The notes under the pieces: generated by a model
What the model saw: only the letters and a program-made list of their open reading frames with translations
Told to the model about the DNA's origin: nothing
The model's database searches: none
Assembly (NCBI GenBank): GCA_046484755.1
Contig: JAWOII010000104.1
Location: 1-64,000, forward strand
Direction of reading: 5' to 3'
From: Enhygromyxa sp.
Lineage (GTDB): Bacteria > Myxococcota_A > Polyangia > Nannocystales > Nannocystaceae
Length of the DNA: 64,000 nucleotides
Made by a program: the position numbers and the translations under genes
Shown: in pieces, positions 38,653 through 49,820 of the stretch
Position numbering within the stretch: the first letter of the stretch is position 1
Layout of the letters: each line of letters begins with the position of its first letter

Positions 38653-39996
38653 TCAGTCGTGGGTGTAGCGAACCGGGCCGGAGAGGCCCAGCGCCTGGCC
38701 ACTGCTGAGCTCGCTGTCATCATCGAGCCGCGCGACCACCCGGCGCTTGCCGGGCGTGGCGAGGTGTTCGCCGAGCCGCCTGGTCTCGTCCTCATCGCGG
38801 TAGGGGCTCCCGACCCGCTCGTCGAGGGCGATCAGGGCCGCCGGCGCCGCCTCGTCGCGCTCGCGCAGCCAGCGAATCACCACGGCGTCGGTCAGCGCTC
38901 GCGCGGCCCGGCGCAGGCTGACGGACTCGGCCGGCGCGAAGTCGGCGAAGCGCATCGTCGAGGCCTCGACCGCCTCCTCGGGCCCCGGTACGTAGATCCC
39001 CTCGGCCTTCTCGCGCTCGTAGTCGGCCGGGCTCGGGATCTCGCGGGCCTCCACCCAGGCCGCGGTCGCGTCGATCAGCTGCTCGAGCGGGGTTCCGGCA
39101 AGGGCCCTGGCCAGCCAGTATGACTCTTTGGCGACGCGGTGTTCATGGGCGTCGGCCTCGCTCACGACGAAGCACTGCACGCCCTCATTGGAGCTCAGCC
39201 ACGCGAGCAGCGAGCTGAGCCCGTCGGCCGGGATCGGCTCGCTGGCGGCGAGCTCGTAGCGATCGCGGCCGAGGGCCGCGAGCAGGTTGACGCGGATCCA
39301 GCTCACCGTTGCGTCGTCCCACTCGACCTCGGCGTAGCGCTTGCCGTTGCTGCCGGCCTCGATCGCGCGGACCTGCCCGCGCATGGTGTGGCTGGTGTCG
39401 TGGCTCTTGGCCTTGTGCGGCCAGACCCGGGCGCCGAGCTCGACCTTGCGCTTGGTCGGGGCCTTGGCCAGCCGCGCGGCCTGCTGCTCGAGCAGCGGCG
39501 TGGACCAGATCATCGGCAGCGGGAAGCCGAGCTCGACCCAGCGGGGGAAGAACTCCTGCGGCGATCCCAGCTCGATCACCGCTCCAAAGTCGTCCTCGCC
39601 GCGCAGCTCGTGCTTGGCGTAGATCACCCGATCGTCTCGCCCGGGCGAGCGCAGCACCAACAGCCCGTGGTTGTTCCATTCGTTGTCGAGCCGCATCACG
39701 CGATGCTCGCCGAGCTCCTGCCAGCAAAGCTTGTCGAGCTCGAGCAGCCGGGCCTTGCCGCCGAGCAGGCCGCGAGGGTCGCCCTCGTCGGCGTCGTAGC
39801 CGACGAAGCACCACGCGACGTGCAGCCCGTTGCAGCCGGCGTAGAGCTCGGCGAGCGCCGCGGGGACGCCTGTTTCGTTGACCGCCTCCTCGATCCGGCT
39901 GGCGTCCTTGATCGGACGGCCGATCCGCTCGAAGTCGGCGTAGACGTCGGGGCGCTTGCTCAGCGCCTTCTTGAGGTTCTTGATCCCGTCCGTCAT
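38653..39996 (-). CDS. Hypothetical protein
   Basis: Start ATG 39996 (MTDGIKNLKK). Roughly 448 aa, GC3-biased; no domain recognised. Confidence 0.5.
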   Translation of the reverse strand: MTDGIKNLKKALSKRPDVYADFERIGRPIKDASRIEEAVNETGVPAALAELYAGCNGLHVAWCFVGYDADEGDPRGLLGGKARLLELDKLCWQELGEHRVMRLDNEWNNHGLLVLRSPGRDDRVIYAKHELRGEDDFGAVIELGSPQEFFPRWVELGFPLPMIWSTPLLEQQAARLAKAPTKRKVELGARVWPHKAKSHDTSHTMRGQVRAIEAGSNGKRYAEVEWDDATVSWIRVNLLAALGRDRYELAASEPIPADGLSSLLAWLSSNEGVQCFVVSEADAHEHRVAKESYWLARALAGTPLEQLIDATAAWVEAREIPSPADYEREKAEGIYVPGPEEAVEASTMRFADFAPAESVSLRRAARALTDAVVIRWLRERDEAAPAALIALDERVGSPYRDEDETRRLGEHLATPGKRRVVARLDDDSELSSGQALGLSGPVRYTHD

Positions 39997-40103
39997 CTGG
40001 GCCGACCGTACCAACTCAGGGGTGAGGCAAACACCGTCACACCCTGCGCAGGGCCGTGCGCGCGCTGTCCCCCAGCACCGAAGCGGATAGACTCGCGCGC
40101 GAG

Positions 40104-42377
40104 ATGGCCAAGCTCTCGCGCAAGGAAGCCCTCGACTACCACACCCAAGGTCGGCCCGGAAAGATCGCCGTGGTCCCGACCAAGCCGCTGACTAGTCAGC
40201 GCGATCTGTCGTTGGCCTACTCGCCGGGGGTCGCCGAGCCCTGCCTGGAGATCGCCAAGGATCCGAGCAAGGTCAACCTCTACACCGCGCGCGGCAACCT
40301 CGTCGCGGTGATCTCCGACGGGACCGCGGTGCTCGGGCTCGGCGACATCGGTCCGCTCGCGGCCAAGCCGGTGATGGAGGGCAAGGGCGTGCTGTTCAAG
40401 AAGTTCGCCGACATCGACGTGTTCGACCTCGAGCTCTCGACCAAGGACCCCGACGCCTTCATCGAGTGCGTGGCCGCGCTCGAGCCCACCTTTGGCGGGA
40501 TCAACCTCGAGGACATCGGCGCGCCCGAGTGCTTCTACATCGAAGAACAGCTCAAGCGGCGCATGAAGATCCCGGTGTTCCACGATGATCAGCACGGCAC
40601 CGCGATCATCTCCGGGGCCGCGCTGCTCAACGCCGCCGAGCTGACCGGCCGCGACCTGTCCAAGATCAGGGTCGTGGTCAGCGGCGCCGGGGCCTCGGCG
40701 GTCTCCTGCTCGCGCTTTTACATCTCGCTCGGGGTCGCGCCCGAGAACCTGCTGATGTGCGACAGCAAGGGGGTCATCCATTCGGAGCGCACCGACCTCA
40801 ACGACATCAAGCGCGAGTTCGTGCGCGAGACCAAGGCCCGGACCCTAGCCGACGCCCTCGAGGGCGCCGACATGCTGCTCGGGCTCTCGGTCGGCGGGCT
40901 GGTCAAGCCCGAGATGATCATGAAGATGGCCGACAAGCCGATCATCTTCGCGCTCGCCAACCCCGAGCCGGAGATCCCCTACGAGGACGCCCGCGCGGCC
41001 CGACCCGACGCGATCGTCGCGACCGGGCGCAGCGATCACGACAACCAGGTCAACAACGTGCTCGGCTTCCCCGGCATCTTCCGCGGGGCCCTCGACGTGC
41101 GGGCGACCTCGATCACCGAATCGATGAAGGTCGCCGCCGCCCGGGCGCTCGCCGAGCTCGCCCGCAAGGACGTGCCCGAGGTCGTCAACCGGGCCTACGG
41201 CGAGGACTACAGCTTCGGGCCCAATTACATCATCCCCAAGCCCTTCGATCCCCGGGTGATCCAGTGGGTCGCCCCGGCCGTGGCCAAGGCCGCGGTCGAG
41301 GCCGGGGTCGCGCAGATCGAGTTCGACGAGGCCAGCTACCGCGAGCGCATGCGCGCGCTACTGGGGGGATCGACGGCGGTCATGCGTCGCTTCGTCCGCC
41401 GGGCCCAGCAGCAGCCCAAGACCCTGGTGTTCCCCGAGGGCGAGGACCCGCGGGTGCTCGAGGCCTGCCGGATCATGATCGACGAGCGCATGGGTCGGCC
41501 GATCCTGCTCGGCAACCAGGCCAAGATCCTCGACATCATCGCCAAGCAGGACATCGAGCTGCCCGAGGGCGCCTACGAGATCGTCGACCCCCGCGCCGAT
41601 CCGCGGCTGCCTAGCTACGCGCGGACCTTCTACGAGAAGCGCCAGCGCAAGGGCGTGACCCCGCACCTCTCGGAGATCCTCATGCGCCGCAACAACTACT
41701 TCGGGACCATGATGGTCGAGCGCGGCGACGCCGACGGCCTGGTCTCGGGCATCAATTACTCGTACCCCGAGACCATCCGCCCGGGCCTGCAGATCGTCGG
41801 CCTCGCCCCCGGCGTGCGGCGGGTCGCGGGCATGTACCTGATGCTGCACAAGCGCGGGATCCTGTTCTTCGCCGACACCACCGTGAACACCGAGACCGAC
41901 CCCGAGCTGCTGGCCGACGTCGCCGAGATGGTCGCCGACGAGGCCCGCAACACCTACGACGTCGAGCCGCGGGTGGCCATGCTGGGCTACTCGAACTTCG
42001 GCTCGGCCGGCGGCCGGACCACCGACAAGGTCGCCCGCGCGACCGCCCTGCTCAGCGCCCGGCGGCCGGATCTGCAGGTCGAGGGCGAGATCCAGGCCAA
42101 CGTCGCGCTCGACTACAACCTGCAGCGACACAGCTATCCCTTCACCCGGCTCGAGGGGGCGGCCAACGTGCTGATCTTTCCGAACCTCGAGGCCGGGAAT
42201 GTGGCTTACAAGTTGATCCGCGAGCTCGGTGACGTGCCCGCGGTCGGGCCGGTGCTGCTGGGGATGGCCAAGCCGATCTCGGTGCTCGAGCGGGACTGTA
42301 CGGTCGACGCGATCGTCCACATGATCGCGCTGACGGTCGTGCAGGCGCAGAAGCTCGGGGCGGTGGCGGCGAGCTGA
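40104..42377 (+). CDS. maeB: NADP-dependent malic enzyme (malic-enzyme domain plus PTA-like C-terminal domain)
   Basis: Start ATG 40104 ([14 protein letters not shown]). Strongly conserved throughout. Confidence 0.9.
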   Translation: MAKLSRKEALDYHTQGRPGKIAVVPTKPLTSQRDLSLAYSPGVAEPCLEIAKDPSKVNLYTARGNLVAVISDGTAVLGLGDIGPLAAKPVMEGKGVLFKKFADIDVFDLELSTKDPDAFIECVAALEPTFGGINLEDIGAPECFYIEEQLKRRMKIPVFHDDQHGTAIISGAALLNAAELTGRDLSKIRVVVSGAGASAVSCSRFYISLGVAPENLLMCDSKGVIHSERTDLNDIKREFVRETKARTLADALEGADMLLGLSVGGLVKPEMIMKMADKPIIFALANPEPEIPYEDARAARPDAIVATGRSDHDNQVNNVLGFPGIFRGALDVRATSITESMKVAAARALAELARKDVPEVVNRAYGEDYSFGPNYIIPKPFDPRVIQWVAPAVAKAAVEAGVAQIEFDEASYRERMRALLGGSTAVMRRFVRRAQQQPKTLVFPEGEDPRVLEACRIMIDERMGRPILLGNQAKILDIIAKQDIELPEGAYEIVDPRADPRLPSYARTFYEKRQRKGVTPHLSEILMRRNNYFGTMMVERGDADGLVSGINYSYPETIRPGLQIVGLAPGVRRVAGMYLMLHKRGILFFADTTVNTETDPELLADVAEMVADEARNTYDVEPRVAMLGYSNFGSAGGRTTDKVARATALLSARRPDLQVEGEIQANVALDYNLQRHSYPFTRLEGAANVLIFPNLEAGNVAYKLIRELGDVPAVGPVLLGMAKPISVLERDCTVDAIVHMIALTVVQAQKLGAVAAS

Positions 42378-42424
42378 AGCGAGCGCGTCCCCGCTTGCGC
42401 TCGCCGGCTGGTAGTGTCGTCGTC

Positions 42425-43675
42425 ATGCGACGTCTCGCGCTCGTAGTTGGTCTGCCGCTCCTCACCCTGGCCCCGGGCGTCGCCGCGGCCTCGCCCTGCG
42501 ACGATCCGCACCCGGCCTGGCTGATGTGCGAGGACTTCGAGCAGGGCGGCCTCGGCTGGGCGGCGTGGTTTGATCAGTCGCCCTTCCTCGAGTGCAACGG
42601 CTGCCCCGAGGGGCAAAACGATCCCGATCGGATCCTGCTGCTCGAGGACTCGGCGGCTGCCCACGACGGCGACTGGTCCCTGCACATGCCGGCGGGGGCG
42701 GCCGCCGACTACCGCGGCGCTTCGCTGACCTACCGGACCTGCAACGGCACCGCGCAGCAAGGCTGCCTGCTCAGCGGCCACGACGAGCTTTATTTTCGCA
42801 CCTGGGTGAAGCTGGCCGCCGACCACCAGTATGTGCATCACTTCCTGTCGATCGCCGGCACCCAACCCGACGAGTACTGGGGCGCCGACGGCAACGCCGG
42901 CTGTCGGCCCAACGGCCAGCGGGCGGCCGGGACCACCCTCGACTTCGACAGCGACCACGAGCTGTTCTTCTACACCTACTTCCCCGGGATGAATTGCGAC
43001 TCGGGCGGCTACTGCAGCGGCGACTATGCCCAGAACATCTGTGATGGTTGCGCGCAAAAGGACATGCCCTGCGAAAACGGGCTCGAGTGCTGTTGGGGCA
43101 ACCACTTCGCGCCCGATCCTCCGGTGGTCCTGGCCAAAGACGAGTGGGTGTGTCTCGAGCTCCACATGCGCATCAACACCCCGGGCGAGGCCGACGGGAC
43201 CATGGCGTTTTGGGTCGACGAGGAGCTCGCGCTCGAGCAGACCGGCATGCACTGGCGCGACGTCGAGGAGCTGCAGCTCAACAAGGCGTGGTTGCAGCAC
43301 TACATCGCCAGCGGCGACGCGGATCAGCCCAATCGGGTGTGGTTCGACGATGTCGTGGTCAGCACCGAGCGGATCGGCTGCGGCAGCGGCGGGGCGGGGG
43401 ATGGTGACGGGGATCCGGGGGATGGAGACTCGGGTGATGGAGACTCGGGTGATGGAGATTCGGGTGATGGAGATTCGGGTGATGGAGATTCGGGTGATGG
43501 AGACTCGGGTGATGGAGATTCGGGTGATGGCGAGTCCGGCAGCGGCGGCCCGGCCGGGGCCGACCCGGGCGCGAGCGAGGGCTGTGGGTGCACGGGCGCG
43601 AGTGAGCCGGCTCCGTGGGCGGCGGCGTGGATCCTGCTGCTCGCGGGGATCTCGAGCCGGCGTCGCGGCACGTGA
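42425..43675 (+). CDS. Secreted protein with a (GDGDS)n linker and a MYXO-CTERM-type C-terminal sorting signal
   Basis: Signal peptide MRRLALVVGLPLLTLAPGVAAA. The C-terminus reads ...EGCGCTGASEPAPWAAAWILLLAGISSRRRGT. Confidence 0.65.
   Translation: MRRLALVVGLPLLTLAPGVAAASPCDDPHPAWLMCEDFEQGGLGWAAWFDQSPFLECNGCPEGQNDPDRILLLEDSAAAHDGDWSLHMPAGAAADYRGASLTYRTCNGTAQQGCLLSGHDELYFRTWVKLAADHQYVHHFLSIAGTQPDEYWGADGNAGCRPNGQRAAGTTLDFDSDHELFFYTYFPGMNCDSGGYCSGDYAQNICDGCAQKDMPCENGLECCWGNHFAPDPPVVLAKDEWVCLELHMRINTPGEADGTMAFWVDEELALEQTGMHWRDVEELQLNKAWLQHYIASGDADQPNRVWFDDVVVSTERIGCGSGGAGDGDGDPGDGDSGDGDSGDGDSGDGDSGDGDSGDGDSGDGDSGDGESGSGGPAGADPGASEGCGCTGASEPAPWAAAWILLLAGISSRRRGT
43399..43535. repeat. 15-nt tandem repeat (tcgggtgatggagac, about 8 copies) encoding (GDGDS)n
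   Basis: Direct repeat visible in the sequence. Confidence 0.8.
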
Positions 43676-43707
43676 CGCCGTGAAGGCCCCATGCGATCCT
43701 CCGCGCC

Positions 43708-45210
43708 ATGAGCTTCATGAGCGACAGGGTCCGCGGCGGACGTGATCGGCAAAAGCAGGCGCTGATCGCCGAGGCCGGCAAGATCGGCGCGCAGGTGGTC
43801 GAGATCGTCGAGCTCGGCGACGACGCGCGAGCGGCCGGCTCGGCGATCGGCGGCTCGCTGACGGCGATGATCGGCGGCAGCATGCAGATCGACGCGGTCA
43901 TGCTCCTGCGCCTGCAGACCAACGGCTGGACCCACTTTTATGCGCAGCCCTTCTCTGGCTTCAACCCGCTGCCCGGCGAGCACCACGGGATCTTGCATGG
44001 CTGCCTGGCGACGCCGGCGATCTTGCGCGAGGACCTGCGCTACAGCGACTACCCCTGGGATCCGGCGGCCGGGCCCGAGGTCGCGGGGCTGCTCGCCGCC
44101 TCGCCGCAGGTCCGCCAGGCCGTCCGATCGATCGCCTGGGAGTGGGCGATCGGGATGACCAAGGTGACCCTCGACTGGGCGATTCAGCTGCGCAGCGTCG
44201 GCGACGGCACCACCCACGTGGTCATGCAGTCGGGTCGCTACGGCGGCATGACCACCTACGAGGTCGGCTTCGCCCAGTGGATGCAGGTCTGTGGGGCGCT
44301 CCACTCCTGCTTCGCCGGCTGGGCGCCTCCGGCCCAGGCGTTCCCGCTCCCGAGCCGCTTTGCCGAGCTGATCCAGCGGGCCACGGCGTCCTCGCCCGCG
44401 GCCGAGCCCCCGCCGAGCGCCGACCCCTACGAGGTCAGCGTCGACTACGTCGCGACCGTCCGCCAGGCCCTCGCCCCGCACGCGGGCAAGAAGGTCTGGG
44501 TCGGCGCCGAGACCATCCCGGCCAAGAAGCTCGGCCACGTCCAGGCCGCGCTCCCGCCTCAGCTCGCCGGCAGCCCGATCCTCGCGGCGATCGACCTGAC
44601 CGTGTTCGGCTCGGCCAAGGACGCGATCGTCGTCACGCCGACCCACGTGGTCGCCAAGGAGTACGACGATCGCGTCGCCTACGAGCTCACCGCGATCCGC
44701 TCGGTCCCGCCAGACCAGTCGCCGAGCGCGAGCGCGGTCAGCTTCGTCGTTGATCGCCTCGGCGAGGTCCAGCTCCCGACCGGCACCAACAACGCCCCGA
44801 TCCTCGCGCTGGTCGAGGCGATCGCCCAGGCCAACGCCGGGCAAGGGGAGATCAACGCCCAGGTGTCCGCCTTCATCGGCTCGGCCCCGGGCCAGGTGTC
44901 GATGGAGGAGGCCCGGGCCCTGGCCGAGCAGGCCCAGGCGGCGATCCAGGGCGGGGGCGTGCACGACAAGATCAACGCCGCCGCGCGCTTGTTGCTCGGT
45001 GGCCAGTACCAGGCGGCGATCGACGCCTATATGGCGATCGCCCAGGCCCACCCCGAGTACACCGGGACCTGCTACGGGCAGGTCGGGGCCGCGCTGTTCT
45101 TCCTGGGCCACTACGCCCGGGCGATCGAGTACTACGAGGCCGCCAAGCAGTACGGCGAGGACGTGGCGGCGATGGACGAGAACATCCGCGAGGCCCGCGA
45201 GCAGCTCTGA
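43708..45210 (+). CDS. Hypothetical protein with a C-terminal TPR-like helical region
   Basis: 500 aa, GC3-biased; no domain recognised. Confidence 0.5.
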   Translation: MSFMSDRVRGGRDRQKQALIAEAGKIGAQVVEIVELGDDARAAGSAIGGSLTAMIGGSMQIDAVMLLRLQTNGWTHFYAQPFSGFNPLPGEHHGILHGCLATPAILREDLRYSDYPWDPAAGPEVAGLLAASPQVRQAVRSIAWEWAIGMTKVTLDWAIQLRSVGDGTTHVVMQSGRYGGMTTYEVGFAQWMQVCGALHSCFAGWAPPAQAFPLPSRFAELIQRATASSPAAEPPPSADPYEVSVDYVATVRQALAPHAGKKVWVGAETIPAKKLGHVQAALPPQLAGSPILAAIDLTVFGSAKDAIVVTPTHVVAKEYDDRVAYELTAIRSVPPDQSPSASAVSFVVDRLGEVQLPTGTNNAPILALVEAIAQANAGQGEINAQVSAFIGSAPGQVSMEEARALAEQAQAAIQGGGVHDKINAAARLLLGGQYQAAIDAYMAIAQAHPEYTGTCYGQVGAALFFLGHYARAIEYYEAAKQYGEDVAAMDENIREAREQL

Positions 45211-45227
45211 CCCGCGCAGCCCCCCGA

Positions 45228-46664
45228 TTAGGGCGCGAGTGCGTAGACGACGGCCGCGAGCCCGTCGACGCCGACGAGGGCGATGCGATCGTCGTGGTAC
45301 ACGGCCACGTCGATGATGGTGCCGGAGCCGGGGGCCTCGGACAGCTGCCGGGACCACAGCTCGTTGCCCTCGCCGTCGAGCTTGAGCACCCAGGGATCCT
45401 GGCCGTGCTCGGCGACCGAGGTGCTGCTGCCACCCACGATAACGTTGCCCCGGGAGTCGACGGCGACCCCGAGCGCGCCGTCAGTTTGCCCGAGGCCGCC
45501 GTCGTGGGTCCGCTCCCAAACCAGCGCGCCGTCGCTCGCAAAGCGGGCGACGTAGGCGTCGCGCTGCTGGTTGGCGCTCGGCAGCCAGCCGGCGACGATC
45601 ACGTCCTCGTCGGCGACCGCGACCGCGTTGGCGCTCGCGCTGCCCTGGCCGAAGGTCTTGGTCCACTCGTAGTCGCCGGCCGCGAGGTCGTAGCGCAGCA
45701 GCCAGCCCTGCTGCCCGAGGCCGTCGCTCGCGAGCTCGCCGCACACGTAGGCGTACTCGAGATCGTCGGCGATCGCGACCCCGTAGTAGGCCGCGAACCC
45801 GAAGCCGAACAGATCGTGCTCCCAAATCGGCGGCCCAAAGAGCTGGTCGTACAGGCGGGCCTCGGCGTGACCGGCCTGCTCGCCGACCACGATCGCGTCG
45901 GCGCCGAGCCGCATCGCGTGATCGTGGATCCGCTGCTCGGGGAGGTCGACGAGGATGTGCTCGAGCGATCCGTCGAAGCCGCTGACCTTCAGCAGCTGCC
46001 CGCGGCCGTCGAGCGTGCCGCTGACGAACAGCAAGGGCCCGCTGATCTCGACCGCGGCGAGCTCCTCGTTGGCCGTCGGCTGGCCCACGTGACTCTCCCA
46101 CAGCTGGGTGCCCGCGCCGTCGTAGCGGGCGATCCAGCCGTCTCGCTGCTTTTGGGCCACGTCGGCGAGGGCGAATTCCTGGTAGCCGACGATCACCAGC
46201 TCGTCGAGGAAGGTCGCGGCCCCGAAGGCCGCCGCGCGGGTCCGGGCGCCCGGGCTAAGCGGCTCGGGCTCGACGCGGATCGAGAACAGCTCGGCGCCGG
46301 AGCTGCGGCAGTCGACGTTGCAGCCGTCGGCGTCGACCTCGTTGCCGTCGTCGCAGTCCTCGCCCGGATCGACCACGCCGTCGCCACACGTGGGCCCGTC
46401 CTCGTCGGGGAGGTCGGGGGTCGGCTGGTCGTCGCCGGGGAGGTCGGGGGACGGCCGATCGTCGTCATCGTCGTCGTCGTCGGGGAGGTCGGGGGACGGC
46501 TCGTCGTCGTCGGGTAGATCCGGCTCGCTCCCGAGGGTCTCGGCCTCACCCTCGGTCTCGCCAGCGAGCCCGTCGCTCGGATCCCCCGGGTCTCGAAAGC
46601 ACCCGACCAGCAGCCCGGCAGTCAGCGCGCACCCGCCCGCCCTCATCAACCATGTTCGTCGCAT
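45228..46664 (-). CDS. Lipoprotein with an acidic PDLPDDD linker, a Myxococcus cysteine-rich repeat and a beta-propeller-like domain
   Basis: Start ATG 46664 (MRRTWLMRAGGCALTAGLLVGC). CGDGVVDPGEDCDDGNEVDADGC motif. Confidence 0.65.
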   Translation of the reverse strand: MRRTWLMRAGGCALTAGLLVGCFRDPGDPSDGLAGETEGEAETLGSEPDLPDDDEPSPDLPDDDDDDDDRPSPDLPGDDQPTPDLPDEDGPTCGDGVVDPGEDCDDGNEVDADGCNVDCRSSGAELFSIRVEPEPLSPGARTRAAAFGAATFLDELVIVGYQEFALADVAQKQRDGWIARYDGAGTQLWESHVGQPTANEELAAVEISGPLLFVSGTLDGRGQLLKVSGFDGSLEHILVDLPEQRIHDHAMRLGADAIVVGEQAGHAEARLYDQLFGPPIWEHDLFGFGFAAYYGVAIADDLEYAYVCGELASDGLGQQGWLLRYDLAAGDYEWTKTFGQGSASANAVAVADEDVIVAGWLPSANQQRDAYVARFASDGALVWERTHDGGLGQTDGALGVAVDSRGNVIVGGSSTSVAEHGQDPWVLKLDGEGNELWSRQLSEAPGSGTIIDVAVYHDDRIALVGVDGLAAVVYALAP

Positions 46665-46779
46665 GGCGATTCGATAGCACCGCCAAGCGAGCGGTCCAGC
46701 GGCCAATTTCATCGCAAATTAGCGAGGGATCGAACTCGCGGGGGTGTCGTCTATCCCCTGGGAAACTGCCGACGATTGG

Positions 46780-47097
46780 TCAGAGCTTGCACTCGAGCCA
46801 GGCCTCGATCGAGCAGCCCCCGAGCTTGTTGCAGGCGCCGGGCGTGCACTCGTCTTCGAGGATGTCGAGCGCGGACTCGACGTCCTTGTCGCTGTCGCAG
46901 TCGTGAGCCGTGTCGACGCAGCCCTCGTAGCAGTCGTTCCAGTCGGCGTTGTCGTTGCAGTCGAGCACGCGGTCGCAATAGCGCTTGCACACCTTGTCGA
47001 TGCGGTAGTCGCTGTGACCGCAAGCACCCAGCGTGAGGCCGACGACGGCGGCGATCAGGAGCGCGGCAGGACGAAGGAACTCGGCGGGGCGTGTCAT
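46780..47097 (-). CDS. Small Cys-rich lipoprotein
   Basis: Start ATG 47097 (MTRPAEF...LTLGAC). 12 Cys within 105 aa. Confidence 0.5.
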   Translation of the reverse strand: MTRPAEFLRPAALLIAAVVGLTLGACGHSDYRIDKVCKRYCDRVLDCNDNADWNDCYEGCVDTAHDCDSDKDVESALDILEDECTPGACNKLGGCSIEAWLECKL

Positions 47098-47240
47098 GCT
47101 CCGCTCATCTTCGCAATTTCCAGTCGCGGCTGCACGCAGGCACCGCGTGCCCGGGCTCGTGGTCGTACAACGGGTGAGGGGCCTCGCGCTCGCTTCGCTT
47201 CGTGTCAAGCAAGCCGATGGGCTCCGAGCTTGGCGCCGCC

Positions 47241-48731
47241 TCAACCGGGCGCCAAATCAAGGGAGTGCACGACCTTGACCTGCCCGCCGTCGCGGGCCTT
47301 GGGGAAGGTCCACCGCTCGAAGGCCGTGGCGATGCACTCGGAGACCTCGTCGTCGGCCAAGGTGGAGCTCTTCACGCTGCTCGAGGTGACCTTGCCGGTC
47401 GCGCCGATCGTGAACTCGATCTCGACGCGGCCGGCGAGCTCGGGCTGCTCGGCCAGGCCGCGCTTGTAGCAGGCGCGGACCGAGACGAGGTGTGGCTTGA
47501 TGATCCGGCGGATGATGTCCTCGTCGAGGGCGCCGGTGACCGTGGTCGCGCCGGACTCGACCGTGGGCTCGGGAGCGTCCGGCGGTGGTTCGTCACGGGC
47601 GAGCGCCAGCATCCGAGCGCAGGTTTGGTTGGTTCGGCGCTCGACCGCAGAGCTGGCGACGCAGACCTCGACGCCCCCATCGAGCTCGAAGCAGGCCCGC
47701 GCTTGGCTGGCGTCGGGCTCGTCGGCCAACATGTGCTCGCTCAGCAGCTCGCCGGCCTCGCTCCCGTCGGGCCACAACAGCTCGCTTCGAGCGGGCACGA
47801 GCCACCGCTCGAGCGTGCACAGCGGCTTGTCGGCCTGCGAGGGATCGTCGGTGTCCGGCGCGAGCGGGAGCCCACCCCAGACACCGGGATCGGGCTCGTG
47901 CTCGCGCTCGCCCTTGCGGGCGTAGAGCCCCTCGCGCGGGGCGTCGGGCGAGGTGTCCGGCCGCAGCAAGAAGCGGCCGCAGCCGTTGCGAAACGACAGG
48001 TGCGAGCCCTTGCCCTCGGTCGAGCCGATCCCGAAGCTCTCGTCGTCGGCCACGAAGCCGTGCTCGCCGTAGCGAAGCGCCAGCCCTGCGGTGATCCCCG
48101 ATCGCATGCCCAGGGCGTCGATGATCGACGCCCGCGAGGGGACCGCGTCGAACCACCGACCGAGCTTGGCCTCGTCGATCGACGCGCGCAGCTCGTTGGG
48201 ACCCACGGCGATCGCCTTCTCGGCTCCGCTGCCGCGGACCGGCACCCCCGGGAGCAGCTCGAACTCGGTCCCGTCCTCGAAGCTCAGCGTCTGTGGGGAG
48301 GTCAGCACCGGCCGCAGGGCGTCGGGCCGGACGAACAGGCGCAGCCGGGCCTGCTCGGCGAACTCGAAGCCCCCGGCGCAGGCCCGCAGCGTGGAGGCGT
48401 CGAGGCTCTCGACCTCGATCAAGCCCTCGCGGACGCCGAGCACCTTGGCGGTCCGGTCGACCCCGCGCGAGTTGGCGGGGAGCGGCTCGCCGCTTTGGTC
48501 GGCCGCGACGTAGACCGGGGCATCGGCGGCGATGACCACGAACGCGCCGGCCGGCGGCAGCTTCGGCTCGGCGGGCTGCGAAGCCTCTGGCTGGGGCGAA
48601 GGAGCTGCCTCGTCGGCAGCCGACCTGTCGTCGGTCGGCGCGCCTTCGGGTTCGGTCTTCGCCGGCGACTCGGACTTGCACCCGAGCACCAGACCGGCCA
48701 ATAGGCCAAGGGTAGTGAGCTGCGATTTCAT
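47241..48731 (-). CDS. Lipoprotein with an AgmX/PglI-type (TonB-C-like) C-terminal domain
   Basis: Start ATG about 48731 (MKSQLTTLGLLAGLVLGC). C-terminal block IIRRIIKPHLVSVRACYKRGL...GRVEIEFTIGATGKV. Confidence 0.6.
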   Translation of the reverse strand: MKSQLTTLGLLAGLVLGCKSESPAKTEPEGAPTDDRSAADEAAPSPQPEASQPAEPKLPPAGAFVVIAADAPVYVAADQSGEPLPANSRGVDRTAKVLGVREGLIEVESLDASTLRACAGGFEFAEQARLRLFVRPDALRPVLTSPQTLSFEDGTEFELLPGVPVRGSGAEKAIAVGPNELRASIDEAKLGRWFDAVPSRASIIDALGMRSGITAGLALRYGEHGFVADDESFGIGSTEGKGSHLSFRNGCGRFLLRPDTSPDAPREGLYARKGEREHEPDPGVWGGLPLAPDTDDPSQADKPLCTLERWLVPARSELLWPDGSEAGELLSEHMLADEPDASQARACFELDGGVEVCVASSAVERRTNQTCARMLALARDEPPPDAPEPTVESGATTVTGALDEDIIRRIIKPHLVSVRACYKRGLAEQPELAGRVEIEFTIGATGKVTSSSVKSSTLADDEVSECIATAFERWTFPKARDGGQVKVVHSLDLAPG

Positions 48732-49145
48732 CGTGGGCGACCTGCGCGGCATCCACGGTACCATTACGAGCGCGATCACGCGGCGTGTCCACCCTTCGAC
48801 CGAGAAGGGCATCCCGGTAACCGGGCTTGGCCGGTCGCGGGAAGGGTCACGCCGGCGAGCCGTCACTGCGAGGACCCCGTCACTCGCTCGGGCTCAGGCG
48901 TGAAGCAACCGGCGCTGCCGCGGTTGCCGGGATGCCGTTCTCGGGGGAAGCGTCGTCGGACGACGTCGACCACCGCCTACCACTTTGCAGCCCCGAGCAA
49001 CACTGAGCGAAGCCCGAGTCGAGCCGGCCCGGACAAACGGGGTTTTGCCGGTAGATCGCGGGCTCGCGCGCAGGCGGAGGCGGGCTCGCGGATGCGGCTC
49101 GGCCTCTGCTTGAAAGCGCGGCGACCGATCCGCGTTGGCCCGGCG

Positions 49146-49730
49146 ATGTCGAAGCTCGTCGTGGCTCTGGGTCTGGTCCTGTTCGCCACCACCGCGAAGC
49201 GGCCGCCCGAGCAGGTCGAGGGCGACGAGCCCATCGAGATCGTGGTCGAGACCAAGAAGCGGCCCGATTGGTTGTTTCCGGGGCTCGATCACCCGCGCGT
49301 GCAAGCCTTCTTTCGCAGCGGCTCCACCATCGGCGACTCGCTGCTCGATCGGCCGAGCGCGCCCGAGATTCGCCCGCTGATTAGGACCGGCACCATCAAG
49401 ATCCATGACGCGAGGTCCCGGGCCGAGCGCCGGGCGGCTCGGCGCTTCGCCCGGGAGCTAGTCGACTCGGTCCGTCCCGCCCTCGAGGCCTGCTACGTCG
49501 ACTCGCTCGGACGCACGCCGACCGACGCCGCCCGCCTGGTCTTCCGGGTCGACCTCTCGCGCGCAGATCGAGGCCCGGTGCTGGTCACCCAGGGGGTACT
49601 CGGTGACGTATTTGGCAACGCCTGCGTGCACGGGGTGCTGGAGTTCGCCGAGGCTCCTGCCCCCCACCTCGAGGCCTCGCTGGAGATCCCCGTGTGGTTT
49701 TGGCTTCAGACCGTTCACGGGCCAATCTAG
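49146..49730 (+). CDS. Hypothetical secreted protein
   Basis: Start ATG 49146 (MSKLVVALGLVLFA, signal peptide). Confidence 0.45.
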   Translation: MSKLVVALGLVLFATTAKRPPEQVEGDEPIEIVVETKKRPDWLFPGLDHPRVQAFFRSGSTIGDSLLDRPSAPEIRPLIRTGTIKIHDARSRAERRAARRFARELVDSVRPALEACYVDSLGRTPTDAARLVFRVDLSRADRGPVLVTQGVLGDVFGNACVHGVLEFAEAPAPHLEASLEIPVWFWLQTVHGPI

Positions 49731-49820
49731 CGGCATTTACGCCATTCGTCGCCGAACGATCGGAGCAGCAGTGGCGCGCGATTCTTGCGGCCGGTACTCC
49801 CAAAGTGATAACCGGAGGCC

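Noticed and set aside
38633-38654. Hairpin GAGCGGG-N8-CCCGCTC at the 3' end of the hypothetical gene 38653..39996
   Set aside because: It overlaps the stop codon and has no U-tract, so it is weak evidence for a terminator.
47202-48704. 500-aa plus ORF, and the 399-aa minus ORF at 47593..48792
   Set aside because: They are shadows of the AgmX/PglI-type lipoprotein gene.
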